A DNA stretch of 39,203 nt from a virus. Below, piece after piece: positions 1 to 7,906 of the stretch (the first letter of the stretch is position 1; every line of letters starts with the position of its first letter). The translations under genes were made by a program, and so were the position numbers. The stretch is taken from IMG/VR virus record IMGVR_UViG_3300032200_000007. One strand, given 5' to 3'. The notes beneath the pieces were generated by a model. The model searched no databases. It was not told where the DNA came from and worked only from the letters and a program-made list of their open reading frames with translations.

Positions 1-141
1 ATCCAAGAAAAAAAATCCTGCAGTCCGGGCCGGGAGGAGTTTACCCGGTTAACGACGGCGATCCGCGTAACGATGTTCCGGAAATTGACAATGAAGATTT
101 TGTCGAAAACGAAGAAGATTTTTTAGCCGGCTACGGCTATG
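1..141. repeat. Terminal overlap, copy A (identical to 39063..39203)
   Basis: Read directly: 1..141 matches 39063..39203 at 141/141 nt. This indicates a circular or circularly permuted molecule. Confidence 0.97.
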
Positions 142-158
142 AAAGGATAGAAAAATGA
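1..158 (+). CDS. 3' portion of the junction-spanning ORF (duplicate copy at window start)
   Basis: Same frame as 39050..39203. The stop TGA 156..158 overlaps ATG 155 of the next gene (ATGA). Confidence 0.4.
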   Translation, partial: PRKKILQSGPGGVYPVNDGDPRNDVPEIDNEDFVENEEDFLAGYGYERIEK

Positions 159-391
159 ATAATTTTATCGCCAACCACTGCCTGGAAATCGGCCTGATTA
201 TCGCCGGGCTCTGGATGCTGTCAATTATCGCCGTCTGTGTATTCTTCGGGCTGGCGAACCGAAACCGATACGACCCGCCGGAGGTAACGGACGCCGCGCG
301 GATATTGATGCACCACGACAACAGGGCTGATAAAAAACAGCTCAAAACCGGATACGTTTTGTTCCTGCGCTCCGGGAAGGGGTTCAATTGA
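155..391 (+). CDS. Small membrane protein (78 aa)
   Basis: ORF track. AAAGGA lies upstream of the ATG. Hydrophobic stretch LEIGLIIAGLWMLSIIAVCVFFGL. Confidence 0.55.
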   Translation: MNNFIANHCLEIGLIIAGLWMLSIIAVCVFFGLANRNRYDPPEVTDAARILMHHDNRADKKQLKTGYVLFLRSGKGFN

Positions 392-405
392 AAAAAAAAA
401 TCATC

Positions 406-732
406 ATGATCCCCGACGGAAAAACGCTTCCGGTTCCGATCCCGGAGAACGTGCGCAAAGCGGAACGGTATCTATGCAAGGTATACCCGAGATTTTTTAA
501 ACGGGTTTCCGGGTTCCGCAACTGCGGATTTGTCGAGGATTTGGAATACTGGAAAATCGAAGCAATTGCAGAAACGCAACGTATACCATGGTATATCATC
601 GGTCCTATTTTCCTGATGTTTTGCGGCGTCGCGGAACCGGGGGAGATCGAAGTAATGCAAAGAAATTTAAAAACAGTCACGCCGCGACGTAAATTTTCGC
701 ACGGCGCAGGGGTGGGAATAAAAACGAAATGA
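406..732 (+). CDS. Hypothetical protein (alternative TTG start at 388)
   Basis: ORF track 388..732. The first ATG is at 406. The stop overlaps the next start. Confidence 0.5.
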   Translation: MIPDGKTLPVPIPENVRKAERYLCKVYPRFFKRVSGFRNCGFVEDLEYWKIEAIAETQRIPWYIIGPIFLMFCGVAEPGEIEVMQRNLKTVTPRRKFSHGAGVGIKTK

Positions 733-893
733 AAACCAACAACGGCAAAATAACGAAGACCGACGCGGAATACTACCGGCAACAGATCGAAAACTGGGAG
801 AACGCACCAGAGTTGACATTTGAAATTCTTGTTCTTCTTTTCACGCTGGGCCTGTTGATTGTGGCAATAGGATTCTGCTGGGGAGGGTGGTGA
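729..893 (+). CDS. Small membrane protein (54 aa)
   Basis: Hand translation: MKTNNGKITKTDAEYYRQQIENWENAPELTFEILVLLFTLGLLIVAIGFCWGGW. ATGA overlap with the upstream stop. Confidence 0.45.
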   Translation: MKTNNGKITKTDAEYYRQQIENWENAPELTFEILVLLFTLGLLIVAIGFCWGGW

Positions 894-897
894 AACT

Positions 898-1089
898 ATG
901 CAGCTGACAACTAAATACGATATACTGGAAAACGTAATGATTCCCGCTATTAAATCACCTGCAATAGTTACGGCAATAAAATATGACGGAGGACCGGCAA
1001 TCATTTACGAGTTGGCTTATTGGATTAACGGAGAATATAAATTCGTTTGGCTTTATGAAAAAGAAATATTACCATACAAAAAAGGTTGA
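898..1089 (+). CDS. Hypothetical protein (63 aa)
   Basis: ORF track; GGGAGGG lies upstream of the ATG. Confidence 0.5.
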   Translation: MQLTTKYDILENVMIPAIKSPAIVTAIKYDGGPAIIYELAYWINGEYKFVWLYEKEILPYKKG

Positions 1090-1093
1090 CATT

Positions 1094-1279
1094 ATGAAAA
1101 TATGCACCATGCGAAATGATGTAAAAGCCACCTGCGCGATGCAGAAACGATACCCGGAAATAGGTATAACTGCCTGCACCTGCGAAACGCCATGCGGATA
1201 TCAGAAAACGGTGAATATTCAGATAACGGAAATCGAAAACAATGGAAAGGCGGTTTCATGTACGGAACAAAATACGTAA
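1094..1279 (+). CDS. Small Cys-rich hypothetical protein (61 aa)
   Basis: Internal ATG of track ORF 983..1279, right after the upstream stop. Product starts MKICTMRNDVKATCAMQKRYPEIGITACTCETPCGY... Confidence 0.4.
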   Translation: MKICTMRNDVKATCAMQKRYPEIGITACTCETPCGYQKTVNIQITEIENNGKAVSCTEQNT

Positions 1280-1500
1280 CGGAAGAAGTAAACAAGAATA
1301 TGCTCTATACATTAGTCGATGATTTGGTGCGGGCATTATACAAAGAGAAAACGCAGAAGGAAGTCAATAAAATCCTGCTGGAGTACCTGTGGGAGCACGT
1401 TGATTTCACGGAAAGGCCGGCGGTATCTAATATCTGCCAGAGCCCTGGCGAAATAAAAAGCATCATAAGCGATCCCGGCACGATCTGGGAACAGCGATAA
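1258..1500 (+). CDS. Hypothetical protein (80 aa)
   Basis: Internal ATG of track ORF 1192..1500, with GGAAAGG upstream. Confidence 0.45.
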   Translation: MYGTKYVTEEVNKNMLYTLVDDLVRALYKEKTQKEVNKILLEYLWEHVDFTERPAVSNICQSPGEIKSIISDPGTIWEQR

Positions 1501-1508
1501 AAAAGTCC

Positions 1509-1537
1509 TTGCCTCCGTCACGGAACGGTGGTATATT
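1509..1537 (+). promoter_or_regulatory. Sigma70-type promoter TTGCCT-N17-TATATT
   Basis: Read directly: -35 at 1509..1514, a 17-nt spacer, -10 at 1532..1537. It sits in the intergenic gap before the replication genes. Confidence 0.55.
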
Positions 1538-1549
1538 ATAGGTATGAAT

Positions 1550-1654
1550 CTGCGAAGGCAATTCCTTTTATTTCGAAAATAATCACTCCTCCGGGCACAA
1601 CGGGATTGGAAAGTCCTTCGCAGTTCTAACCAGTCCCCGCCCGAGAGGTTTTTT
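1550..1654 (+). promoter_or_regulatory. Structured 5' leader with alternative pairings and a U-tract
   Basis: A 9-bp stem pairs 1550..1558 (ctgcgaagg) with 1615..1623 (ccttcgcag). A competing pairing joins 1588..1595 (cctccggg) to 1640..1648 (cccgagagg), followed by tttttt at 1649..1654. Confidence 0.35.
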
Positions 1655-1660
1655 ATTGCC

Positions 1661-2347
1661 ATGCATCGCGGATATATAAAAATTTGGAGAAAAATTTTAG
1701 ACTGGGGATGGTATAAATCTTCAGACACAAAATCCGTTTTTCTACACCTTCTTTTAAATGCAAATTTCAAAGATTCTGAATATATGGGGCATCGTATCTT
1801 ACGAGGACAGATAGTGATAGGTAGGAATAGTTTAAGTAAAACATTAACCATCTCTCCACGATCGATCCGAACAGCGCTCTGGCGTCTAAAATCGACCAAC
1901 GAAATAGCCATCAAATCGACCAACAGATTTTCAATCATAACACTATGTAATTATGAGGTTTATAATAGCAATAATATTGAAAACGACCAGCAGAACGACC
2001 AGCAGAACGACCAGCAACCGACCAGCAACCGACCAGCAACCGACCAGCAACAGACAACATCTAAGAATGATAAGAATGAAAAAAATAATACATTTGATCA
2101 ATTCTGGATTGCATACCCAAAAAAAGTTGGAAGAGGGGCCGCGTTAAAAGCGTGGAAAAAAATAAAAGTACCAACAGAAATTTTTGAAAAAATAAAAACA
2201 GCACTTGAGTGGCAAATTAAATCTGATCAGTGGACTAGAGACAATGGCCAGTTCATCCCTTACCCAGCAACATATCTAAATCAATGTCGATGGATGGATC
2301 AACCTATTGAAATTCAAACAACGCGAAAGCCACGGATAATTCAATGA
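1661..2347 (+). CDS. Replication initiator / replisome-organizer-like protein
   Basis: The N-terminus is winged-helix-like (GYIKIWRKILDW...NSLSKTLTISPRSIRTALWRL). The C-terminal motif FDQFWIAYPKKVGRGAALKAWKKI...GQFIPYPATYLNQCRWMD is typical of phage replication proteins. The gene sits immediately upstream of the primase-helicase. Confidence 0.65.
   Translation: MHRGYIKIWRKILDWGWYKSSDTKSVFLHLLLNANFKDSEYMGHRILRGQIVIGRNSLSKTLTISPRSIRTALWRLKSTNEIAIKSTNRFSIITLCNYEVYNSNNIENDQQNDQQNDQQPTSNRPATDQQQTTSKNDKNEKNNTFDQFWIAYPKKVGRGAALKAWKKIKVPTEIFEKIKTALEWQIKSDQWTRDNGQFIPYPATYLNQCRWMDQPIEIQTTRKPRIIQ
1982..2049 (+). repeat. Six tandem 11-12-bp repeats (core CGACCAGCA) inside the initiator gene; candidate iterons
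   Basis: Read directly: aacgaccagcag x2, aacgaccagca x1, accgaccagca x3. A tandem taagaatga x2 (2062..2079) and an A-rich tract follow. Confidence 0.9.
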
Positions 2348-4095
2348 TCAATTCAAAAATATTTTCTGATTATTTATCTTACGGCTTGTCTGTAATACCC
2401 TGCAAGGAAAAGCGTCCGACTATTTCAAGCTGGCAAAAATTTCAAACCACCCTGCCGACACCGCAAGAAATTGCAGATTTTTCCGGCCCACAAATAGCCT
2501 GTATTTGCGGAAGAGTTTCCGGCGGACTGGTATGTATTGATTTTGATATAAAAAACGGCGACCGTTATGATCAATGGCTGACATTGATTAATGAAAACGC
2601 TCCTGAATTGCTGTCGAAAATAATTTGTGAAAAAACTCCGTCTGGAGGATATCATATTGTTTTTAAAACCCCCACTGAAATCCGCAATCTGAAACTCGCC
2701 TGCAACACAGAAAATAAATGCATGATTGAAACGCGAGGAGAGGGAGGATATTTTGTTTGTGCCCCTTCTGAAAATTACGAATTGCAGTTCGGAGATTTTT
2801 ACTCAATATCAAAACTTACGAAAGAAGAAACTGAATTTATAATTTCATCAGCCAGATCATTCAACGAATTTATTGTCGAACATTATGAAAAAATTCATGC
2901 TGCAGTACATACCAATAGTAACGGAATAACACCATTTGACGATTATGATTCAAAAAATACTCCTGTTGATATGTTGTTGTCTCATGGATGGTCCATCTGT
3001 TTCAAGCGCGGCGATGCCGTTTACCTAAAACGTCCAGGTAAAGAAGGAAGAGCGATTTCCGCCACATGGAATTCAGTTCCGGGAAGATTTTATTGTTTTT
3101 CAACATCTACTCAATTTGAAAATGACAAATATTATAAAGCAAGCGCAGTCTACACTATTCTTGAACATGGCGGGAATTACAATGCTGCGGCGAAAGCGTT
3201 ATACGATTCAGGGTATGGTGAAAGAAAAGAAAAAAAAGAAGAAAAAGAATACAAAACAATTCTTTTAAGAACCGATGATATTCTAAACAAAATTATCGAC
3301 ATAAAAATAAATGGATACAAAAAAGGAAAAACGACAGGATGGAAAACTCTTGATAAACTATACTCTGTGGCAAAAAGACAATTCACGGTTATCACCGGAG
3401 TGCCTAGTAGCGGAAAAAGTGAATTTATGGATGACCTTGCCGTTCATCTGGCAATAAACGACAATTGGAAATTCGCAGTTTTTTCACCGGAAAACTATCC
3501 GGCGGAAATGCACTTTCATAAACTTATCGAAAAAATTTGCGGCGATGAATTACGAAACTGCAAAGACGAAGATATTGAAACTGCATTTAAATTCATTGAA
3601 AAACATTTTTTTTTCATCGACGCCCTTGAAGAAGATATATCTCTCGAATCAATACTATCGCAAACTCTTGATCTTGTAAACAATCAAAAAATAGACGCGC
3701 TGATAATCGATCCATGGAATGAAGTCGAGTTGAGTAAACCGGACAATATGTCTGAAACTGAATTCATCGGGAAATGCTTACGTAAATCAAGAAAATTCGC
3801 AAGAAAAAACGATATACATCTTTTTATCATAGCCCATCCGACAAAATTACTTAAAAATAAAGACGGTGAATATCCAATACCTGAACTATGGGATGTATCC
3901 GGCTCGGCTCACTGGAGAAATAAAGCCGATAACGGAATATGTGTTCATCGGGATTATGAAAAAAATGAAACTGTCATATATGTACAAAAGATAAAATTCA
4001 AATATTGCGGAAAACAGGGAGAATGTATATTAAAATACGATTTGAAAAGCGGGAGGTATTACGAAGATGGGCAACAGGCAAGCTGGTGGGATTGA
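2344..4095 (+). CDS. Bifunctional Prim-Pol primase / RecA-fold (DnaB/RepA-like) helicase
   Basis: N-terminal Prim-Pol motifs: GLSVIPC..KRP, GGLVCIDFD, SGGYHIVF. C-terminal Walker A is GVPSSGKSEF and Walker B-like is ALIIDPWNE. 583 aa. Confidence 0.85.
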   Translation: MINSKIFSDYLSYGLSVIPCKEKRPTISSWQKFQTTLPTPQEIADFSGPQIACICGRVSGGLVCIDFDIKNGDRYDQWLTLINENAPELLSKIICEKTPSGGYHIVFKTPTEIRNLKLACNTENKCMIETRGEGGYFVCAPSENYELQFGDFYSISKLTKEETEFIISSARSFNEFIVEHYEKIHAAVHTNSNGITPFDDYDSKNTPVDMLLSHGWSICFKRGDAVYLKRPGKEGRAISATWNSVPGRFYCFSTSTQFENDKYYKASAVYTILEHGGNYNAAAKALYDSGYGERKEKKEEKEYKTILLRTDDILNKIIDIKINGYKKGKTTGWKTLDKLYSVAKRQFTVITGVPSSGKSEFMDDLAVHLAINDNWKFAVFSPENYPAEMHFHKLIEKICGDELRNCKDEDIETAFKFIEKHFFFIDALEEDISLESILSQTLDLVNNQKIDALIIDPWNEVELSKPDNMSETEFIGKCLRKSRKFARKNDIHLFIIAHPTKLLKNKDGEYPIPELWDVSGSAHWRNKADNGICVHRDYEKNETVIYVQKIKFKYCGKQGECILKYDLKSGRYYEDGQQASWWD

Positions 4096-4360
4096 AAAAA
4101 TAGACGCCAAATGTCCGCGCTGCGGCGGAGACACTTACTTGCGCCAGAACGGGCCGCATATTGAATGGTGATGCTACAAATGCGGTTACTTGAAATTCAT
4201 GCCTCAACGCTGGGATGCTTTTAAAATGCCGTTCGGTAAATATCACGGGAAAACGTTAAAGGAAATAAAAGAAATTGATTTGAATTATTTCACATGGTGC
4301 GCGGAAAATTTAAACGATGAAAAAATAAAAAATAAATTTATCGAAGGACTTAACGCATGA
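4067..4360 (+). pseudogene. Zinc-ribbon + DUF3820-like protein interrupted by an in-frame TGA (4169..4171)
   Basis: GGGAGG RBS at 4051..4056 and ATG at 4067. Translation: MGNRQAGGIEKIDAKCPRCGGDTYLRQNGPHIEW*CYKCGYLKFMPQRWDAFKMPFGKYHGKTLKEIKEIDLNYFTWCAENL... The stop splits a CxxC-N16-CxxC ribbon. Confidence 0.5.
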
Positions 4361-4524
4361 AAAACAATAAAACTGACTTGCGTCCAATATCTGAATTTAA
4401 CGAAAGGGAAGGCCGCATTCTACTGCGCGGGCCGTACTACGACGGAGTGCAGGAGATCGATGCCCGATACGTTAAATTCGCGCACACTGCGACGCTCTGG
4501 GCGAAGAAAGGTGATCGGGAATGA
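4357..4524 (+). CDS. Hypothetical protein (55 aa)
   Basis: Hand translation starts MKNNKTDLRPISEFNEREGRILLRGPYYDG... ATGA overlaps at both ends. Confidence 0.4.
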   Translation: MKNNKTDLRPISEFNEREGRILLRGPYYDGVQEIDARYVKFAHTATLWAKKGDRE

Positions 4525-4772
4525 AAATTAAATACACCGTCGATGGATCGTTAATGATGTTTAGATTCAAACTGGAGCGAAATATTGATAAATTAGAACT
4601 AATCGCAAAAGACGCGGCAAGTGATTATTTTTTTAATTACCAGAGATATGATGTATCATTGCCAAAAGATTTTTCAATTTACGATCTTGGCGGAACACTG
4701 CTCGGGACATTTACTGTTTACCTTGATACTACCCCGCATTTTTCGGCATACAAAAAAATTGGAAGGAGTTGA
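4521..4772 (+). CDS. Hypothetical protein (83 aa)
   Basis: ORF track; start coupled to the upstream stop. Confidence 0.5.
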   Translation: MKIKYTVDGSLMMFRFKLERNIDKLELIAKDAASDYFFNYQRYDVSLPKDFSIYDLGGTLLGTFTVYLDTTPHFSAYKKIGRS

Positions 4773-4774
4773 AA

Positions 4775-5032
4775 ATGATCAAAAAAAGACTTGATGCTGA
4801 GCAGGAAATCTGGTTTGATCAAACACAGGCCCCGGAATCGCCTACTGTTTTTGTAATGGCGTGTGTTCCGGATTTTATAAATCGAATATTTTATTGGAAA
4901 TTGTGGAAGTTTCTCACGGAAAAAGAATTCAACCAGCTTGCCGATATCGACCACAAGGTACGCACCACTCCAGGCTTCAAGTTAACATATATTGTAAAAA
5001 TTTACAAGATGGAAAAAAATGCAAACAGTTGA
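4775..5032 (+). CDS. Hypothetical protein (85 aa)
   Basis: Track ORF 4769..5032. ATG 4775 is preceded by GGAAGGAG (4761..4768). Confidence 0.5.
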   Translation: MIKKRLDAEQEIWFDQTQAPESPTVFVMACVPDFINRIFYWKLWKFLTEKEFNQLADIDHKVRTTPGFKLTYIVKIYKMEKNANS

Positions 5033-5231
5033 TCGCGCCGGATTTATACAGTGGATTGACGGAATATTACTCCGGTTTGAAAACGGACGCGTAACGGTTT
5101 CAAATGAAACAGAATGTATTGCCGCCAAAAAAGAGTTGAAGAAAGGCCGGAAAATTGCCCTGACGGAAAACGGAAAAATCGTGAGTTACATGGTTCCGCG
5201 AAAAACCGGATACTATGAGGTGTTAAAATGA
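5019..5231 (+). CDS. Hypothetical protein (70 aa)
   Basis: ORF track. Confidence 0.45.
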   Translation: MQTVDRAGFIQWIDGILLRFENGRVTVSNETECIAAKKELKKGRKIALTENGKIVSYMVPRKTGYYEVLK

Positions 5232-5416
5232 CCCGCCAGGCTGATCACCCGTGCGCATGCGGCTCCTGGTGGGCGGACGGCGAGAATTGCGCGAAATGCG
5301 GGGAGCCGCTCTTCACCCCGGAAGATTTTTACCGGGACGACCGGTTCAGCCGGAAAAGGAAAGCGCCCAGAGGGCAGGACTGGGATAAAAAGCAGCATAA
5401 AGTTATTTGGCGTTAA
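5228..5416 (+). CDS. Small Cys-rich (zinc-binding-like) protein
   Basis: ORF track; GAGGTG RBS; motif CACGSWWADGENCAKCG. Confidence 0.5.
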   Translation: MTRQADHPCACGSWWADGENCAKCGEPLFTPEDFYRDDRFSRKRKAPRGQDWDKKQHKVIWR

Positions 5417-5418
5417 AT

Positions 5419-5453
5419 GATAAAAATAATTGTTGAAACGATAAAAATAATTG
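5419..5453 (+). repeat. Two 14-bp direct repeats GATAAAAATAATTG, 21 bp apart; operator-like
   Basis: Read directly: 5419..5432 and 5440..5453. The second copy overlaps the -35 hexamer. Confidence 0.8.
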
Positions 5454-5479
5454 ACAAAACAACTTTTAAGTGCTATATT
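5451..5479 (+). promoter_or_regulatory. Near-consensus sigma70-type promoter TTGACA-N17-TATATT
   Basis: Read directly: -35 at 5451..5456 and -10 at 5474..5479. Confidence 0.6.
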
Positions 5480-5498
5480 GATAGGGTCGAAATAACAA

Positions 5499-5831
5499 AT
5501 GAAAGGTTTTTTGATGGAAAAAGAAATTGATCTTACCCTCCAGGACATACAAAAAAGGACTGCAGAGCAGATAAGAAGGAGGGTATCGCAGTTGAATGAT
5601 GCTCCACTATCCCGTGGAAAATCTTTGCTGCTGAAACACTATTCTGGCGTTGCTCTGACAAAATCTCAAGCGGTTGAGGCGCACTGTTGTGAATGCATGG
5701 GGTATTACATGGACGGAAGGCACGATTGTGAAAATCCGTTATGCCCAGCCTATCCCCATATGCCATACGGAATATTACGGAAAAGATATCAAAGGAAAAA
5801 ACCGGAAACGAAAAAAGGAACTGAAGAATGA
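5499..5831 (+). CDS. Cys-rich phage protein of unknown function (alternative start 5514)
   Basis: ORF track. The motif HCCECMGYYMDGRHDCENPLCPAYPHMPYG recurs in many phage genomes by my recollection. Confidence 0.6.
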   Translation: MKGFLMEKEIDLTLQDIQKRTAEQIRRRVSQLNDAPLSRGKSLLLKHYSGVALTKSQAVEAHCCECMGYYMDGRHDCENPLCPAYPHMPYGILRKRYQRKKPETKKGTEE

Positions 5832-6694
5832 AATCGGGAATTTATTACGACGTTCCGATGAATGAATATAAAAAGTGGCCCGGTGTGCACAAGTCCATGT
5901 TCAAGTCCATTCTTAAATCTGGACTGCATTTCAAGTACTTTCTCGACCACGGCGAAGAGGAAACCGGGATTATGCATTTTGGGAATCTGGTTGATACGCT
6001 GCTGCTTGAGCCTGGTTTGTTTTTGAACAGGTACATGACAATCCCTGAAACATACGAGTCTGATAAAGGTCCGAAGCCTTGGAATTGGAATGCGAACGCA
6101 TGCAAAGGATGGCGTGAACAGATATTGAACGATACGCCGGACATTGAAATAATAAAAACCGATGACCTCGACCGGGCGCGGAAAATCGTGGATGCTATTA
6201 AAAACCACGCCGAAGCGGGGGAGTGGTTGTCTGGAAAAAAACAGGTCAGCCTATACTGGACAGACCCGGAAACCGGAATCGACTGTAAGGGGCGCGTAGA
6301 CGTTTTGCGCGAAGATCGGATTGTTGACCTGAAGGTCACCGACGACCCGCATCCGCGTTCTTTCTCCGGGATCGTTAACCGGTTTTTATACCATGCCGGG
6401 GGTGCGTTTTACCATGACGGGTATCTGCTGGCTCAAGGAAAGTCGCTCGGACCCGGGCCGAATATTCCATTTTCCTTCATCGCGGCCGAAGCCGAAGAGC
6501 CTCACGATGTGGTCACGTATGATCTCGGGCCGGAATCGTTTGACTGCGGTCGGATCGTTTACCGCGAGGCTCTTGCCCGGTACAAGGAGATGCAAGAAAC
6601 CGGAGAGTACAACGGATACTCTCAAGTGACTGAAGAAATTGAGATTCCGCAATGGGCGAGAAATCGGCTTCAACTTGAAGGGGTTATAGAATGA
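5828..6694 (+). CDS. PD-(D/E)XK exonuclease (RecE/DUF3799-like)
   Basis: Motif GRVDVLREDRIVDLKVT (D...D/E-x-K). N-terminus reads GIYYDVPMNEYKKWPGVHKS. The gene lies in a recombination module. Confidence 0.7.
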   Translation: MKSGIYYDVPMNEYKKWPGVHKSMFKSILKSGLHFKYFLDHGEEETGIMHFGNLVDTLLLEPGLFLNRYMTIPETYESDKGPKPWNWNANACKGWREQILNDTPDIEIIKTDDLDRARKIVDAIKNHAEAGEWLSGKKQVSLYWTDPETGIDCKGRVDVLREDRIVDLKVTDDPHPRSFSGIVNRFLYHAGGAFYHDGYLLAQGKSLGPGPNIPFSFIAAEAEEPHDVVTYDLGPESFDCGRIVYREALARYKEMQETGEYNGYSQVTEEIEIPQWARNRLQLEGVIE

Positions 6695-7461
6695 GCCAAC
6701 AGAATTTATTTGAAGCTGAAGCTGTAACAGCTGAAGCTGTTGAACAATCCGCTCCGGTTGATCGCATCATGCAGGCAGTCGGATTGTCGGGCCTTGGTGG
6801 TGTTGAGGAAATGCAGCGGAAACTGACCGAAAACCTGAAAATTCATCAGGCGGTTATTGATTTTGTAAATGAGCATTTCCACGAAGGAATTGATTACGGA
6901 AGGGCGGTTGACAACGCATCTTCAAAACCTGTTCTACTGCTGCCTGGGGCTGAAAAAATAGTTCACTGCTTTGATACTCACCCGGAATACGAAACTGATA
7001 AAGACACTTGGGAAATGCTCGGGAAACCGACAAATACAGTTTTCATGATATGCAACATTGTTGATAATAAGACAGGTCGTATCATTGGACAAGGGCGCGG
7101 TGCCTGCACCGTCGGGGAAAAATTCGGTCTACAGGCGGCTCGTGATGTTAATGGATCGGTGAAAATTGCAAAAAAAAGAGCGCTTGTCGATGCTGCAAAA
7201 GACGCTTTCATGTTATCTCAAAGGTTTACTCAAGACATGGAGGAAACCAAGGCTTTTATTGATGAGAAAAAATGTCTCTATGAAGCAGTTCAGAAAATGC
7301 GATCAGGAATAAAATCTAGTCTTTCTGATAATGAATTTATCCGGCATGTGTGCTCTCAGGTTATTCATCAAAAATCAATATCAACGAGAAAGCAGTTATC
7401 AATGGTGAATGAATCAATAAGCCAATATGATTTTGCCACCGGAGAAAAACTACAGGAATAA
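6691..7461 (+). CDS. Recombination-module protein; possible single-strand annealing protein
   Basis: It is coupled to the exonuclease gene. Motifs: KPVLLLPGAEKIV...KIAKKRALVDAAKDAF..FTQDMEE. The function is inferred mainly from position. Confidence 0.45.
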   Translation: MSQQNLFEAEAVTAEAVEQSAPVDRIMQAVGLSGLGGVEEMQRKLTENLKIHQAVIDFVNEHFHEGIDYGRAVDNASSKPVLLLPGAEKIVHCFDTHPEYETDKDTWEMLGKPTNTVFMICNIVDNKTGRIIGQGRGACTVGEKFGLQAARDVNGSVKIAKKRALVDAAKDAFMLSQRFTQDMEETKAFIDEKKCLYEAVQKMRSGIKSSLSDNEFIRHVCSQVIHQKSISTRKQLSMVNESISQYDFATGEKLQE

Positions 7462-7474
7462 TTTGTATACTACT

Positions 7475-7537
7475 CGCCCCTCCCGCCCGTCTTTGTGATG
7501 GTTCAAGGGTGTGCAACGGCGGGACGGGGCGGCTTTT
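7475..7537 (+). terminator. Long GC stem-loop with a T-tract
   Basis: 7475..7487 pairs with 7518..7531 (13 bp, one bulge), then gcTTTT. It lies directly after the stop at 7461. Confidence 0.6.
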
Positions 7538-7561
7538 AAAATAAAACAAAAAGGAGAAAAT

Positions 7562-7906
7562 ATGCGACAGAAAAAAGACACGCTTACATTAAAATGTATA
7601 TTAACCGATGGAGAAAGGTTAATATACGGGGCTGAACAGTCAGCGGCAAATTCACGGAGACACCGGCTTGAAGACGAATTAAAATCTTTCAAGAAACAAA
7701 AAGATTCAGAAATAGCACAATGTGAAACAGTCGAAAATTTAAATGCCGAACGAGTAAACAATGGCTATGAATTCAGACCAGTAGCGTGTGAAATACAATA
7801 CGATTTTGACAGAAAAATAAAGATATGGATTAGGATTGATACTGGAGAAATTGCAAAAGAAGATGTTATATCTGAAGAAGAGCTACAGGAAGAAAGCGAA
7901 ATTTGA
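7562..7906 (+). CDS. Hypothetical protein (114 aa)
   Basis: Internal ATG of track ORF 7511..7906, with an AAGGAG RBS at 7551..7556. Confidence 0.55.
   Translation: MRQKKDTLTLKCILTDGERLIYGAEQSAANSRRHRLEDELKSFKKQKDSEIAQCETVENLNAERVNNGYEFRPVACEIQYDFDRKIKIWIRIDTGEIAKEDVISEEELQEESEI

Noticed and set aside
49-1004. Minus-strand ORFs of 112 aa and 206 aa at the window start
   Set aside because: They run antisense to a chain of short + strand genes that are start/stop-coupled and have SD sequences. They have no SD themselves and their composition is odd. I treat them as spurious.
1982-2049. CRISPR-like array
   Set aside because: The units are 11-12 bp and contiguous, with no spacers, and they lie inside an ORF. 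This is a tandem or iteron-type repeat, not CRISPR.
4169-4230. Selenocysteine insertion at the in-frame TGA
   Set aside because: I could not see a convincing hairpin immediately downstream of the TGA of the kind bacterial SECIS elements form. The position is also not one of the four zinc ligands. This remains untested, not disproved.
7499-7507. tRNA T-loop-like string ggttcaagg; more generally, a search for tRNA or tmRNA genes
   Set aside because: The string lies in the loop of the terminator hairpin, with no acceptor, D or anticodon stems around it. No cloverleaf candidate was seen elsewhere.
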